DNA of 64,000 nucleotides, taken from contig NC_092377.1 in assembly GCF_030028105.1 (NCBI RefSeq), positions 83,172,569-83,236,568 of the forward strand. The letters run 5' to 3'. Source of the DNA: Mobula birostris (Eukaryota). The first letter of the stretch is position 1. Every line of letters begins with the position of its first letter. This document shows positions 49,267-61,520 of this stretch, one piece after another. Both the position numbers and the translations under genes were made by a program. A model generated the notes under the pieces. That model had not been told where the DNA came from and did not search any database. It worked only from the letters and a program-made list of their open reading frames with translations.

Positions 49267-52100
49267 AGAAACATAGAAACATAGAAAACCTACAGCACAA
49301 TACAAGCCCTTTGGCCCACAAAGCTATGCCGAACGTGTCCTTACCTTAGAAATTACCTTGGATTACTCATAGCCCTCTATTTTTCTAAGCTCCATGTACC
49401 TATCCAGGAGTCTCTTAAAAGACCCTATCTATCGTATCCGCCACCACAACCGTCACAAGCAGCCCATTCCATGCACTCACCAGTCTCTGCGTAAAAAACT
49501 GACATCTCCTCTGTACCTACTTCCAAGTACCTTAAAACTGTGCCCTCTCACGTTAGCCATTTCAGCCCTGGGAAAGAGCCTCTGACTATCCACACAATCA
49601 ATGCCTCTCATCAACTTATACACCTCTATCAGGTCACCTTTCATCCTCTGTCGCTCCAAGTAGAAAAGGCTGAGTTCACTTAACCTATTCTCATAAAGCA
49701 TGCTGCCCAATCCAGGCAACATCCTTGTAAATCTCCTCTGCACCCTTTTTATGGTTTCCACATATTTCCTGTAGTGAGGCGACCAGAACTGAGCACAGTA
49801 CTCTAAGTGGGGTCTGAACAGAGTCCTATATAGCTGCAACATTACCTCTCGGCTCCTAAGCTCAATCCCACGATTGAAGAAGGCCAATGCACCGTATGCC
49901 TTCTTAACCACAGAGACAATCTGCACAGCAGATTTGGGTGTCCTATGGACTCAGACCCCAAGATCCCTCTGATCCTCCACACTGCAAGAGTCTTACCATT
50001 AACACTATATTCTGCCATCATACTTCACCTACCAAAATGAACCACCTCACACTTATTGCCACTTCTCAGCCTAGGTTTGCATCCTAACAATGTCTCGCTG
50101 TAACCTCTGACAGCCCTCCACACCATCCACAACACCCCCAACCTTTGTGTCATCAGCAAATTTACCAACCATCCCTCCACTTCCTCATCCAGGTAATTTA
50201 TAAAAATCACGAAGAGTAGGGGTCCCAGACAGATCCCTGAGGCACCGACCTCTATGGAGAGTATAACTCATCTATAACCACTCTTTGCCTTCTGTGGGCA
50301 AGCCATTTCTGGATCCACAAAGTAATGTCCCCTTGGATCCCATGCCTCCTTACCTTCTCAATAAGCCTTGCATGGGGTACCTTATCAAATGCCTTGCTGA
50401 AATTCATATAACTGTACACTACATCTACAATTCTACCTTAATCAATATGTTTAGTCACAGCCTCAAAAAATTCAATCATAAGGCTCGACCTGCCTTTGAC
50501 AAAGCCATACTGACTATTCCTAATCATATTATGCCTCTCCAAATGTTCATAAATCCTCCCTCACAGGATTTTCTCCATCAACTTACCAACCACTGAAGTA
50601 AGACTCACTGGTCTATAATTTCCTGGGCTATCTCTACTCCCTTTCTTGAATAAGGGAACAAAATATGCACCCTCCAAACCTCCAGAACCTCTCCCGTCTC
50701 CATTGATGATGCAAAGATCATCACCAGAGGCTCAACAATCTCCTCCCTCGCCTCCCACAGTAGCCTGGTGTACATCTCATCCAGTTCCAGTGACTTGATG
50801 GTTGATGCTTTCCAAAATCTCCAGCACATCCTCTTTCTTAATATCTACGTGCTCAAGCTTTTCAGTCCACTGCAAGTCATCCTTACAATTGCCAAGATAC
50901 TTTTCCATAGTGAATACTGAAGCAAAGTATCCATTAAGTACTTCTGCTATCTCCTCCGGTTCCATACACACTTTTCCACTGTCACACTTGATTGTTCCTA
51001 TTCTCTCACAACTAATCCTCTTGCTTGTCACATACTTGTAGAATGCCATGGGGTTTTCCTTAATCCTGTCTGCAAAGACCTTCTCATGGCCCCTTCTGGC
51101 TCTCCTAATTTCATTCTTAGGTTCCTTTTTGCTATCCTTATAATCTTCCAGGCCTCTATCTTCACCTAGTTTTTTGAACCTTTCATAAGCGCTTCTTTAC
51201 TTCTTGATTTACGCCAGCCTTTGTACACCACGGTTCCTATACCCTACCATCCTTCCACTGTCTCACTGGAACGTACCTATGCAGAACTCCACACAAATAT
51301 CCCCTGAACATTTGCCACATTTCTTCCATACATTTCCCTGAGAAACATCTGTTTCCAATTTAGGCTTCCAAGTTCCTGCCTGATAGCCTCATATTTACCC
51401 TTACTGCAATTAAACACTTTCCTAACTTGTCTGTTCCTATCCCTTTCTAATGTTATGGTAAAGGAGATAGAGTTGTGAGCACTATCTCCAAAATGCTCTC
51501 CCACTGAGAGATCTGACACATGACCAGGTTCATTTCCCAATATCAGATCAAGTACAGCCTCTTCTCTTGTAGGCTTATCTACATATTGTGTCAAGAAACC
51601 TTCCTGAACACACTAACAAACTCCACCCCATGTAAACCCCTTGCTCTAGGGAGATGCCAATTGATATTTGGGAAATTAAAATCTCCCACCACGACAATCC
51701 TGTTATTATTACACCTTTCCAGAATTTGTCTCCCTATCTGCTCTTCGATGTCCCTGTTACTGTTGGGTGGTCTATAAAAAACACAGAGTTATTCACTCCT
51801 TCCTCTTCCTAACTTCCACTTGCAGTTACTCAGTAGACAATCCCTCCATTACTTCCTCCTATTCCGCAGCCATGACACTATCTCTGATCAACAGTGCCAT
51901 GCCCCACCTCTTTTGCCTCCCTCCCTTTCCTTTCTGAAACATCTGAAACCTGGCACTCTAAGTAACTATTCCTGCCCCTGAGCCATCCAAGTCTCTGTAA
52001 TGGCCACAACATCATAGCTCCAAGTACTGATCCACGCTCTAAGCTCATCCGCTTTGTTCATAATACTCCTTGCATTAAAATAGACACATCTCAAACCATT
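49267..52100 (-). mobile_element. CR1 LINE ORF2, heavily disrupted, same subfamily as 7382-9119
   Basis: AGAAACAT tail; RPHLEYCAQFWSP, PTREEAVLDLILGN, YFNARSIMNKADELR, VAITETW. Confidence 0.95.
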
Positions 52101-52529
52101 GAGCATGTAGATAGTGTAAATTTCACTGATTATATTATAACCATTACTGTCACAATTTTTATATGGTCCCTGTTGATGACATGGAAACCACTGACATTTG
52201 TTGCTGCAATAAGAAGTTCTCCAAAACGAAGAAGGATTGGACAATACTTCTAGTTGCAAAGAATGCAAGCTGAACCTCAAGAGCTTACACGGCACTTCCT
52301 ATATTGGATTCAAATGACAAACATGATCACAAATGACCAAGCAAAGTTACAAAAAATGGCAACTGATGTTATTTTGCTGCAAAAATGAAATGTGTGTGAT
52401 TAGGAATGATTTTTTTTCAGAATAAGGAAAGGCTACTGACAAAATGATAACTAATGATTTATTTACTTGGATTAATCACCTATAGCAAATGTACAAGATT
52501 CGCAGGGATTAAACAGGTTTAGGGAGTGA

Positions 52530-53155
52530 AAAGCAACACACACAAAATGCTAGAGGAACGCAGCAGGTCGTTAATAGTCGTCATTTTGGGCTGAACCCCT
52601 TTGTCCAGACTGAAATGGAAGGGGGAAGACACCAGAATAAAAAGGTGGGGGGAGGGGAAGGAGGCTATCTGGAAGGTGATAGGTGAAGCCAAGTGGATGA
52701 GAAAAGTAAAGAGCTAGAGAAGAAGAAATCTGATAGGAGAGGAGAGTGGATCATAGAAGAAAGGGAAGGGGGGGATAGGGGGAGGTGATAGGCAGGTGAG
52801 AAGTGGGAAAAGGGCAGAGTGGGGAATTGAAGAATAGAGGGAGGGAAATTTTTTTACTGGAAGAAGAAATTGATGTTCATGTCATCAGGCTGGAGGCTAC
52901 CCAGATGTATTATAAGGTATTGTTCCTCCACCCTGAGGATGGCTTCATCTTGGTACATGAGGAGGCCATGGCTGGACATGCTAGAACAGAAATGAGAATT
53001 GGAATTAAAATATTCAGGAAGTTCTGCTTTTGATGGATGGAGCGGAGGCGCAGTCCCCCAATTTACATCGGGTCTCACCAATGTAGAAGAGGCTGCATCA
53101 GGAGCACTGGACACAGTAGACAACCCCAGCAGATTCACAGGTGAAATATTGCTTC
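52530..53155 (-). mobile_element. Penelope 3' fragment with terminal repeat
   Basis: RVEEQYLIIHLGSLQPDDMNI (GIY-YIG end), purine-rich spacer and terminal repeat. Confidence 0.8.
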
Positions 53156-56100
53156 TCCAGGAATGAAAAATAATTATGGCAATGTCCTAGACAAAGCAAT
53201 TGATGGAAGATCAACTATTAATTGTAATAAAAGGTCTGTTGCTATTCTAAGAAATAAATAACCTCTTGCCTTTATTTGGGGATGGAGTTAGGAAAGAATA
53301 ATTCTATCAACACTTGCAAAAGGTTTTAAAAAAATAGGTTAACATTTGTGGTATAGTCTTTCATCATAACTTGTGCTCTGAAGTAAATTAATTAAAGTAA
53401 GGTTTTAATGAGTTTTGGGAGGCCATCTTTTGGTGAAGTGCAATAGATTGGATGGATTTGTGATTTAGATTTCCTTGTGTTATTTATGAAATGTAACAAA
53501 GGTTGATAGGTTGTAAGTGTTTAATGCATTGCAGGCTCTTTCAGACACCTCTGAAATGAGTGACCAGTTGTTTATTCATTGGTGAATAATGGTAAAAACA
53601 GCGAGTGCATGCCAGTGCTTGTTAAGTAATGCAATGAATTTTTTTCTGGACTATTAGAACTAAGGGAGACATTTTTCATTCCCCTTTAAGTGGGCATTGA
53701 AGGCAGGTAGCAGTGTTGTATATAATATGTCTGATGGTCCTTTTTGTTGAGGTTAACAGTAAAGAAAATGGGGTAAAAAATCAGTGAATGGTGGGTGATT
53801 TTGCACCCCAGCCAAAGGTGACTCTTTTTCCCCACCCAAGTGCCAGTCAAAGCATGGCATTTCTTGATAGCCCAGCACTTACCGGCAGGATTGTGGTATC
53901 AGAAGAAGATAAATACCAAATTTCTGATGGTAACACCACATCCACAAATGACCTAATGACTAGAGTTTTAACAAATGGTCAAATGAATGTTTCAAAAACC
54001 TCCACTGGAACTCAACAAGTTTGTAGTATTTCTCGGCTTAGGTGTCGACAACTAATCAAAATATATTTGAAAATAATGCAAAACCCATCAAAATAACTTC
54101 TTCATAAAACACCAGGTTTTGCCAACTTAATTGTATAAAGTGCTCTTATTTTTCTTCATTGTTAAACACCATTACTAAATATAGAATGCAATATTTATAG
54201 CCAGGAAAGAAGAGACATTGGCACTGTTTCTGCATTCATCTTTTATTATTTATGACGATGTAAAGTAGAAATAATTATATTAATGTATACAACTTCCTTT
54301 GCAGGATCTTTGATAACATAGTTCAAAATAAATAATATCTAAATCTAATTCAAATCACATGAATTTGTCTACCAAATAAAAAAGCAAAAAGAAAATCTGC
54401 CTGCATTTTTATATTAATTTGTTTAAACTATTTAAGTTTCACCAACATATTATGAACTACATACACTATTGGAGCCACACAAATGCATAATATTTTACAA
54501 ATTCTGAAATTAAAAGGCAATTTTAAACCTTTCGAAGTTTTCAATTTCTTCAAGTGCAACAAGATAATGAAAAAAATTGAGTCAACATGAACAATTTGAT
54601 ACACATGTAAGTAGACACATTTGGCTTGTGCGAGGATAATATTTTAAATATCTGGTAGATGTACAAAAAAAGATAAGGAAATTTTCAGTATCAGATGAAT
54701 GCTGTATTCAATGCTGGTATAATGTTTATTTTGTTTTATTTCCCGATCTCCCAGTGGTGAAACTTGAAACTTAAAAGTCTGCTTCATTGACTAAATTATT
54801 GTAGTGCACATATTTATATATCTTTTAACCTGCATTTCTGCACATCTTTATTAATCTGATTATAAGTGAATGGAAATATTCAGTTCTTTCTTCTAAATTT
54901 ATCATAGTCATAACAGTCTTAAGGAAATTTTGATGCCCGAAAGAATCTATTTTACACAATTTGATGCTTCATTAGTAGCAGAGATAAATGACACCTAGTG
55001 ATTATACACTTGTTTCTAGGTTACAAGGACAACTTGCTTCTTGGCAAGATATACTTCAGAGAGAGGGCTCAGAATTGCCGCAATCTGAGGTGATGATTTT
55101 TTTTTGTTGATGAGACATTAAACCAAAGCTCTCATAGTTGATGCAAAAGATTCTGTGCACCATTTGATATGGATCAGGGGATTTCTTCCAGATAAAATGG
55201 CTATTAATTTGTTTACTACTGCAGAATCTTGTATAAATTTTAACTCTAACACAGTCAATACTGTACAAGCAGTTCATACTTTAATATGTCACTCACCACT
55301 GAGTTCACATTTGGATATTGGGAGAACAGTTTATTCTAAGGTTACCATGATTGTCTTTAGGATTTGTAATAAGTTAAGTGCATAGATTTCGTTTATGACA
55401 GAGGGGAGTTCAGCCAAACCAGCCTTTTATCTTTTCAATTCAAGTAATCTTTAGGAGCGAAAAGACAACAGTAAAATCTAATGAAAACTAATCTTTTCCT
55501 TCTATTTTGGCATATTTTGTGTCACATCTGATGCTGCTTTTGTTCATTAACTTCAAACTGCCTGATTGTAATTGCCTAATTATGCATCATTCTGAAAACT
55601 GCATGCACATAATTTTTGAACGCCAAATGCTGATAAGGTGCTGACAGTGAAAAGCTTTCTGTTACTCCCAAGCAACAGCTTTCTGTCTGAAAGGTGATCC
55701 TTTAACATGATCTCAATCTGTTAGCTGTCTGAATTATTCAGGCACTTCTGCAAACTGAATATTACAAGATTACTGAAGGATAGTGTCTGAATAACTTTAT
55801 GATTATAATGTCTGAAAACAAGTGAATTCCATATGTGAGATAAAAGCTGTCCATTATACTCTAACTTTGCACATTATTATTCGTGTCGAATGAGATTGTT
55901 GTTGATTCATTCAGCCTCTGTCCTTTTTTGTACGGCAAAGGTTCCACATAATCAAAGGAAAAATCCGTATTTTCCCCTTTCCTCTTGAAACAAATTTAGC
56001 GCGCTTTATGATAAAATTAACTTAAACTGTCACAGTATAATTGGCAAGCTACTATTAGAATAAATAAAATTCTTGCCGTGTGCAGGAAATACCGCTGACC

Positions 56101-56413
56101 CTGTTTCAAAAGAACAGTACATTTTTCGCTTCAGTAACCTTAATCAATAGGTTACCGCTATAACACAACTACTCCTCAGCAGAAGCATTTAGTGATTATG
56201 GCTTGAGACAAAAACGTTACCGGTTTGGTGATTGACTTCTATGGTTTAATATTGCGCACCAGAACGCAACAGCAGCTAACTGGAAATCTTAATTAGACTT
56301 GAAAGAGACATATACTGGACTCTTTAACAACAGGAGAACAATCTGTCGATAGATCCTAAGAATATAGTCAATAGTCGGAGCGAGTCGGGCACACAGTGAA
56401 AAGAGAGGGTGGG

Positions 56414-56553
56414 NNNNNNNNNNNNNNNNNNNNNNNNNNNNNNNNNNNNNNNNNNNNNNNNNNNNNNNNNNNNNNNNNNNNNNNNNNNNNNNNNNNNNNN
56501 NNNNNNNNNNNNNNNNNNNNNNNNNNNNNNNNNNNNNNNNNNNNNNNNNNNNN
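56414..56553. other. Assembly gap (140 N), probably a GA-type microsatellite, downstream of SSTR4
   Basis: Run of N flanked by GAGAG sequence. Confidence 0.9.
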
Positions 56554-56772
56554 GAGAGAGACCGACTGTGCCCATTTGGGAGAGCAATATTAGAGACACA
56601 CGCAATTTTCCACATCGCATTCTCGCCGAGACCAAACTGCACAATCCAGACGCTTACACTGACAATAATAATGATAACACAACGACAACAGACAAATCTT
56701 TAGTAAAATATATTTAACCCGTTTGTTAAAAAAATGGCTGTCAAGAGTTATTAGGACAAAACTTCAATACAT

Positions 56773-57918
56773 TCACAAGGTGGTTGTTCTTGAGGTGCAA
56801 GTACCATTCCTGTACACGGGGTCAGAAGCGGCGTTACCCGGCTGAAATTCTAGGGGACTACACACTCTGCTCTTTAGCGCAGTGGCGTAATAATCTACTG
56901 GCTCCTCGGTGCCGTTCTCCAGCCAACGGAAGCACAGAATCCTCTGGAAGGATCTCTTAAAATTGTCAGAGAGAAAGCCATAAAGGATCGGGTTCGCGCA
57001 GCTGTTGGCGTAGCTGAGGATAAGGCACAATTGGGTGACCGTGGTGTTGAGGGAGAGGAAGATGTTGGCCAACTGTAGAACGTAGAAAGGCATCCAGCAG
57101 ATAACGAAGACAGTCACCACCATCAACACCATGCGGGTGATCTTTTTCTCGGACCGTCGGCGTTGCTGCCAGCCAGCCTTCAAAGCAACCACTCTCATCT
57201 TCACGATGATCAGGATGTAGCAGAGGCAGATGGCAATGACGGGGATCAGGAAACCCAGCAGGAAAGTGTAGATAACAAAAGCCACTGACCAGGAAGGCTG
57301 GGGCCAAAGAAAGTTACAGTGCACGCCACCGTCCTCGCTGGGCGTAGTTCCCGCGAATATGATGATGGGCAAGATCACAATGAGCGAGAAGATCCAAACG
57401 CAGATGTTGATGATCTTGGCAATTGTGGGTCTCCTGTACCTTGCCGCTTTGATGGGATGGACAACTGCCACGTACCTGTCCACGCTGAGCACGGTCAGGC
57501 AGAACACGCTGGTGAACTGGTTGATGCCATCCACGCTGAGGACGGTGCGGCACATGAGCGAACCGAAGGGCCAGCGTTGTAAGGCAGCCGAAGCGGAGAG
57601 GAACGGGACGCTCAGCATAAAGAGCTCGTCCGCTATCGCCAGGTTCAGAATGTAGATGTTGGTGGCCGTTTTCATCTTGGCGTATCTCAGGATGACGAAA
57701 ATAACCATGGAGTTCCCGATGAGTCCCACCAAACACACGATGGCATAAATGAATTGGATAACCACCATCCGAGCATCCCTTTCTTCCTGGTAAGCGTCGA
57801 ACGAGTAGTTGGAGGGGATATCCGTAACAACATCCAAATGCTCGCTGGACCCATTCCAGAAACCCACCTGGACTGTGGTGTCCCGGTCGGAAAGCAACTG
57901 AAAACTACGCGTACTCAT
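56773..57918 (-). CDS. SSTR4: Somatostatin receptor type 4, class A GPCR, 381 aa, intronless
   Basis: Seven TM helices with GN, LAxAD, DRY, CWMPFY and NPILY, plus the SSTR signature [15 protein letters not shown]4-like segments: [53 protein letters not shown]. Synteny with THBD-CD93 favours SSTR4 over SSTR1. Confidence 0.88.
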   Translation of the reverse strand: MSTRSFQLLSDRDTTVQVGFWNGSSEHLDVVTDIPSNYSFDAYQEERDARMVVIQFIYAIVCLVGLIGNSMVIFVILRYAKMKTATNIYILNLAIADELFMLSVPFLSASAALQRWPFGSLMCRTVLSVDGINQFTSVFCLTVLSVDRYVAVVHPIKAARYRRPTIAKIINICVWIFSLIVILPIIIFAGTTPSEDGGVHCNFLWPQPSWSVAFVIYTFLLGFLIPVIAICLCYILIIVKMRVVALKAGWQQRRRSEKKITRMVLMVVTVFVICWMPFYVLQLANIFLSLNTTVTQLCLILSYANSCANPILYGFLSDNFKRSFQRILCFRWLENGTEEPVDYYATALKSRVCSPLEFQPGNAASDPVYRNGTCTSRTTTL

Positions 57919-58099
57919 CTTCTACTGGTACCCCTTCCACTTACCCCTCCCTCAACCCTCTGACGTCTTTCCAAAAAAAAATATTCCCTGCCGCTCTTCT
58001 TTTCTCTCCTCTGGCTCTTTCCATCTCTCTGACTTTAACAAGCCATGATTCCGGCCATCGGTCTCTATCAGACTGAGAGTACCGCTATAGCGAGGACTT

Positions 58100-58200
58100 G
58101 CGACTCTGTGTGTGTGTGATGTGTGATGTGTGTGTGTGTGCATGTGTGCAGTGCGGCTGCTTTCGTTGGTCGCTTCTGCCGCTCCTTAAATATAAGACCT
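58100..58200 (-). promoter_or_regulatory. Candidate SSTR4 core promoter and 5' leader with (CA)n tract
   Basis: Minus-strand TATATTTAA at ~58186-58194; interrupted (GT)n microsatellite at 58107-58149; CRE-like TGACGTCT at 57961. Confidence 0.35.
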
Positions 58201-58454
58201 GATGAATGAATAAGTCAGCGATTTACCTACAGATCTGCGTCATCCACTCAACGGTATGCTGTCTTGAATCTTTAAAACTTAAACTATCTACACAGCGGAT
58301 AAATATACAACATTTTCATTTCATTTTGTTTTAAGTGTTAAACAGATCTGCTGGAGTACAAAAGGGAGGTTTTTAACCAATTTGGATAGAGACGTTTTAA
58401 AAACATTATTTTGTTTCCTTACCGTGACTATTACTATTCCTACTGCTTAAGAAC

Positions 58455-59095
58455 AGGTGTATGTAACGCGACAGACAATCTGCTGGAGGAACCCAGCCGG
58501 TCCAGCAGTATGTATATGGTGAACGGATGGGCTGCAGCGTTGGGTGGAAACCCTACATCATATCCTGATGCTCCTCGACCTCCCGAATTCCGCCAACAGA
58601 TGCTATAGCTTGTTGCTCCGGATTCCGGACCCTACAGACTCCTATGTCTTCAGGTGTATTGAAATACACGCCTGCATTCAAACTTCTGATAGCAAAATAC
58701 ATTCAATTCAGTGTGCAAATAAATGCCAGCAGTCGGAACGGAATCCAAGGAATATGAAGAATTCCTTCGCCTCCGATTGATCCCTTCTCACCTTAATCAA
58801 CAGTGTTACGTGCACAGGTGTTGTACGATTCCCTTCCAAGAAACTTCGCGCTGGCTTGCGTTTAACTTCAGAGTACAGAGGAATCCAAAAAGATCTCGAC
58901 ACAAAACGTCGACTGTCCATTTTCGTCTGAGTTATTTCAGCATCTGTAGTCGATCAAAGTACCCGCATCTGCAGTCTCTTACGCCTCTACTGGGGATTTT
59001 TGATGAAAGGACATCGACCTCAAAGGTTGATTTTCCGATTCCCTCTCCACAAATGCTGCCCGACCTGCTGAGTATTTCCAGCAGATCTTGACCTA
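58455..59095. mobile_element. Cluster of Penelope terminal-repeat remnants upstream of SSTR4
   Basis: CTGCTGGAGGAACCCAGC; AAACGTCGACTG (58904-58915); TGATGAAAGGAC...TGCTGCCCGACCTGCTGAGTATTTCCAGCA. Confidence 0.6.
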
Positions 59096-59154
59096 TCCCG
59101 GAAATTGCTTCGCCGCTCCTTTTTCTTTTTTTGCTTTTGCAATCGGTTCCAAGC

Positions 59155-59480
59155 ATAGATACATAGATAGATACTTTATTGATCCCAAAGGAAATTACAG
59201 CGACACAGCAGCATTGCAAGTGCACAGATATACAAGTATACAAATATTAGAAGAGAAGTAAGAAATAATAAAAAAAATAAGTTACTTCAAACAGTCTAAT
59301 AGGAGGGGGTCATCACTTCTCCGGCTATAGGTTGATTTATTATGGAGCCTAATGGCCGAGGGTAAGAATGACCTCCAATAGCACTCTTTGAGGCAGCCCA
59401 ATTGTCTTATTCCATTGCTAAAAGTGCTCCTCTGTTCAGCCAAGGTAGCATGCAGGGCATGCAGAGGGAGAGAAACATAG
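59155..59480 (-). mobile_element. LINE 3' end with (CTAT)n tail
   Basis: ATAGATAGATACTTTATTGATCCC start, analogous to the end at 28208. Confidence 0.6.
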
Positions 59481-59869
59481 ACCCTAGGAATTTAATGTGG
59501 TGGGACTCTCCCTATTGCACATCTGCAGTCAGTGTCTCTCTCTCTGTATATATATATATATAATAACATGTAAAGAGTACGGTACTTGGGACAGTTTCAT
59601 CTGTAGAATTAAGGGGAGGAGAAGAGGGGAGCCAGAATGGGGAATGGAAAAAAAGAAAAGGGGAAGGGGAGAAATTAATGGAATTTGGAGAAATAATTGT
59701 TCATGCCATTAGTTTGGAGGCTACCGCAATGGAATATGACATGTTGCTCCTCCAACCTGAGAGTGTTTGATGTATTATTTATCAGTCCTTCTTGGGTAAG
59801 CGTATGACATCGAGCTGTAGTGCTGTTAAGTGCGGATGACTGATAAGCTCAGTTTGGACTTTAAAGTCC

Positions 59870-60422
59870 ACATTGTTGAAGGTATCCTGACTAATTGCAT
59901 CATTGTATAGTAGAGCATTCTGAATATGCAGAAAGGTAAGAAGCTGAAGAGAATAATGGACTCAGCCCAATACATCATAAACATATCCCTTTCCACTATT
60001 TGTAGTATCTACGGGAGGTGCTGTCTCAGGAAGGCAACATCCATCGTCAAAGGTCCTCACCATCCAGGCCATGCCATCTTCCCGCAACTACCATCATGCT
60101 GGAGGTACAGAAGCTTGAAGTCACACACCGCAAGGTTCATGAACAATACTTCCTTTCAACCATTCAGTTCTTGAACCATCTGACACAGCCCTAATCATTG
60201 CAGATTAGTGACAGCATGACAAATTTCATCACTTTGCATTAAAATTTACCTTGTTTTTCTTTAGTTTGTGCTCTTTCTTGTAAAAATTATAACTAATTTA
60301 TGTTTTTTCTTGTGCATATTTGACACTACGTTCTTGTGGTGCTGTTGCAAGGTAATTTTTCATTGCACCTGTTGATACATGTACATGTTCATACAGCAAT
60401 AAACTTGACTTTGACTTTGACA
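59870..60422 (+). mobile_element. Rex1/Babar-type LINE 3' fragment with (CTTTGA)n tail
   Basis: SIVKGPHHPGHAIFPQLPS..YRSLKSHTARF. Confidence 0.75.
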
Positions 60423-60429
60423 AAGGTGT

Positions 60430-60720
60430 AGAGATGCTACAGAGCCAATCATTCTTGATTGTTGAGAATCCGTTTTCCTCTTTGTTTCCTCCATGATAAC
60501 TCCCTCACTTGATTAAGCACTGGTTTATATGTGGGTACACCAAATAGGATGATCCAATGCTTGTTGTTCCAGATGATATGGGTCAGCAATGTTATAAGGG
60601 AGTTTTTGAACCTCTTTTTCTGCCCACTACATCTGTCTTTTTCCTCAATCATCTCTCCATAAACTAACTCCATTGGTAGGTGCATTATATGGTGTTTTGA
60701 ATATGCCATCATTAGAATAG
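60430..60720 (-). mobile_element. RTE LINE 3' fragment
   Basis: LVYGEM...GQKKRFKNSL motif; related fragments at 31870-32150 and 61960-62260. Confidence 0.6.
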
Positions 60721-61254
60721 TTTGGTTGTCACCTAGAAGAGTTGCCCAGGTATTAAGTTAAATACATTCATTGTCATATTCCTCAGACCCTGGCTACTAA
60801 AGTTATGAGCCCAACCCCTGCTACATATAGGGCTATCCATAGAATAAAATAAATCCAACATTCTTTCTTTTTCCTGAACATTTATGCAAAACAAAATTAT
60901 TTTCGGACATACACTGCCTTCTATTTTGTTTTCATTTGATAAGCTAACGTGTCCTGATATTTGCACTTCTCATCATTCTTGACCAGTCAAATCACAATCC
61001 ATAAATACAATGAAAATGATTCTGTTAGAGCAACAAAAACTAACTGAAACACCCGTATTTGCTCTAACTCCGAATGTTGACCACTCAGCATTGGAAATAC
61101 TGGACAGGTGAGGAAATAAAGAACAATAAATAGGGTAATTGGTAATGAAGGTTGTGAGAACATTGGACAATGGAGCTGGAAGGCTTTTGTTTGTGGAGCG
61201 TAATGTCTGAATGATATAGATATATGTTGAATAAATCTATCTCCCATGACTATT

Positions 61255-61520
61255 AAACATAGAACATAGAACGGTAAAGCACAGTATAATTCCATTGGCC
61301 CACAATTTTGTGCCAACATTTAAACCAACTCAAAGATCAATCTAACCCTTCTTACCCACATAGCTCTCCATTTTCCTTTCATCCATGTACTTATCAAAGA
61401 ATCTTGTAATTGTTACTAATGTACCTACCATACCACCAGCCCTGGCAACATGTTCCAAGCATCCACCATTCACTGTGTAAAAAAAAACCTACCTCTGATA
61501 CCCCCTCTATACTTTTTCCA
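61255..61520 (-). mobile_element. CR1 3' end
   Basis: ACATAGAACATAGAAC tail; homologous to 49267-49520. Confidence 0.7.

Noticed and set aside
56289-56717. ORFs spanning the N run
   Set aside because: Artefacts of the assembly gap.
56773-57918. Assignment as SSTR1
   Set aside because: TM-region residues and linkage to THBD-CD93 fit SSTR4; SSTR1 is linked to CLEC14A.
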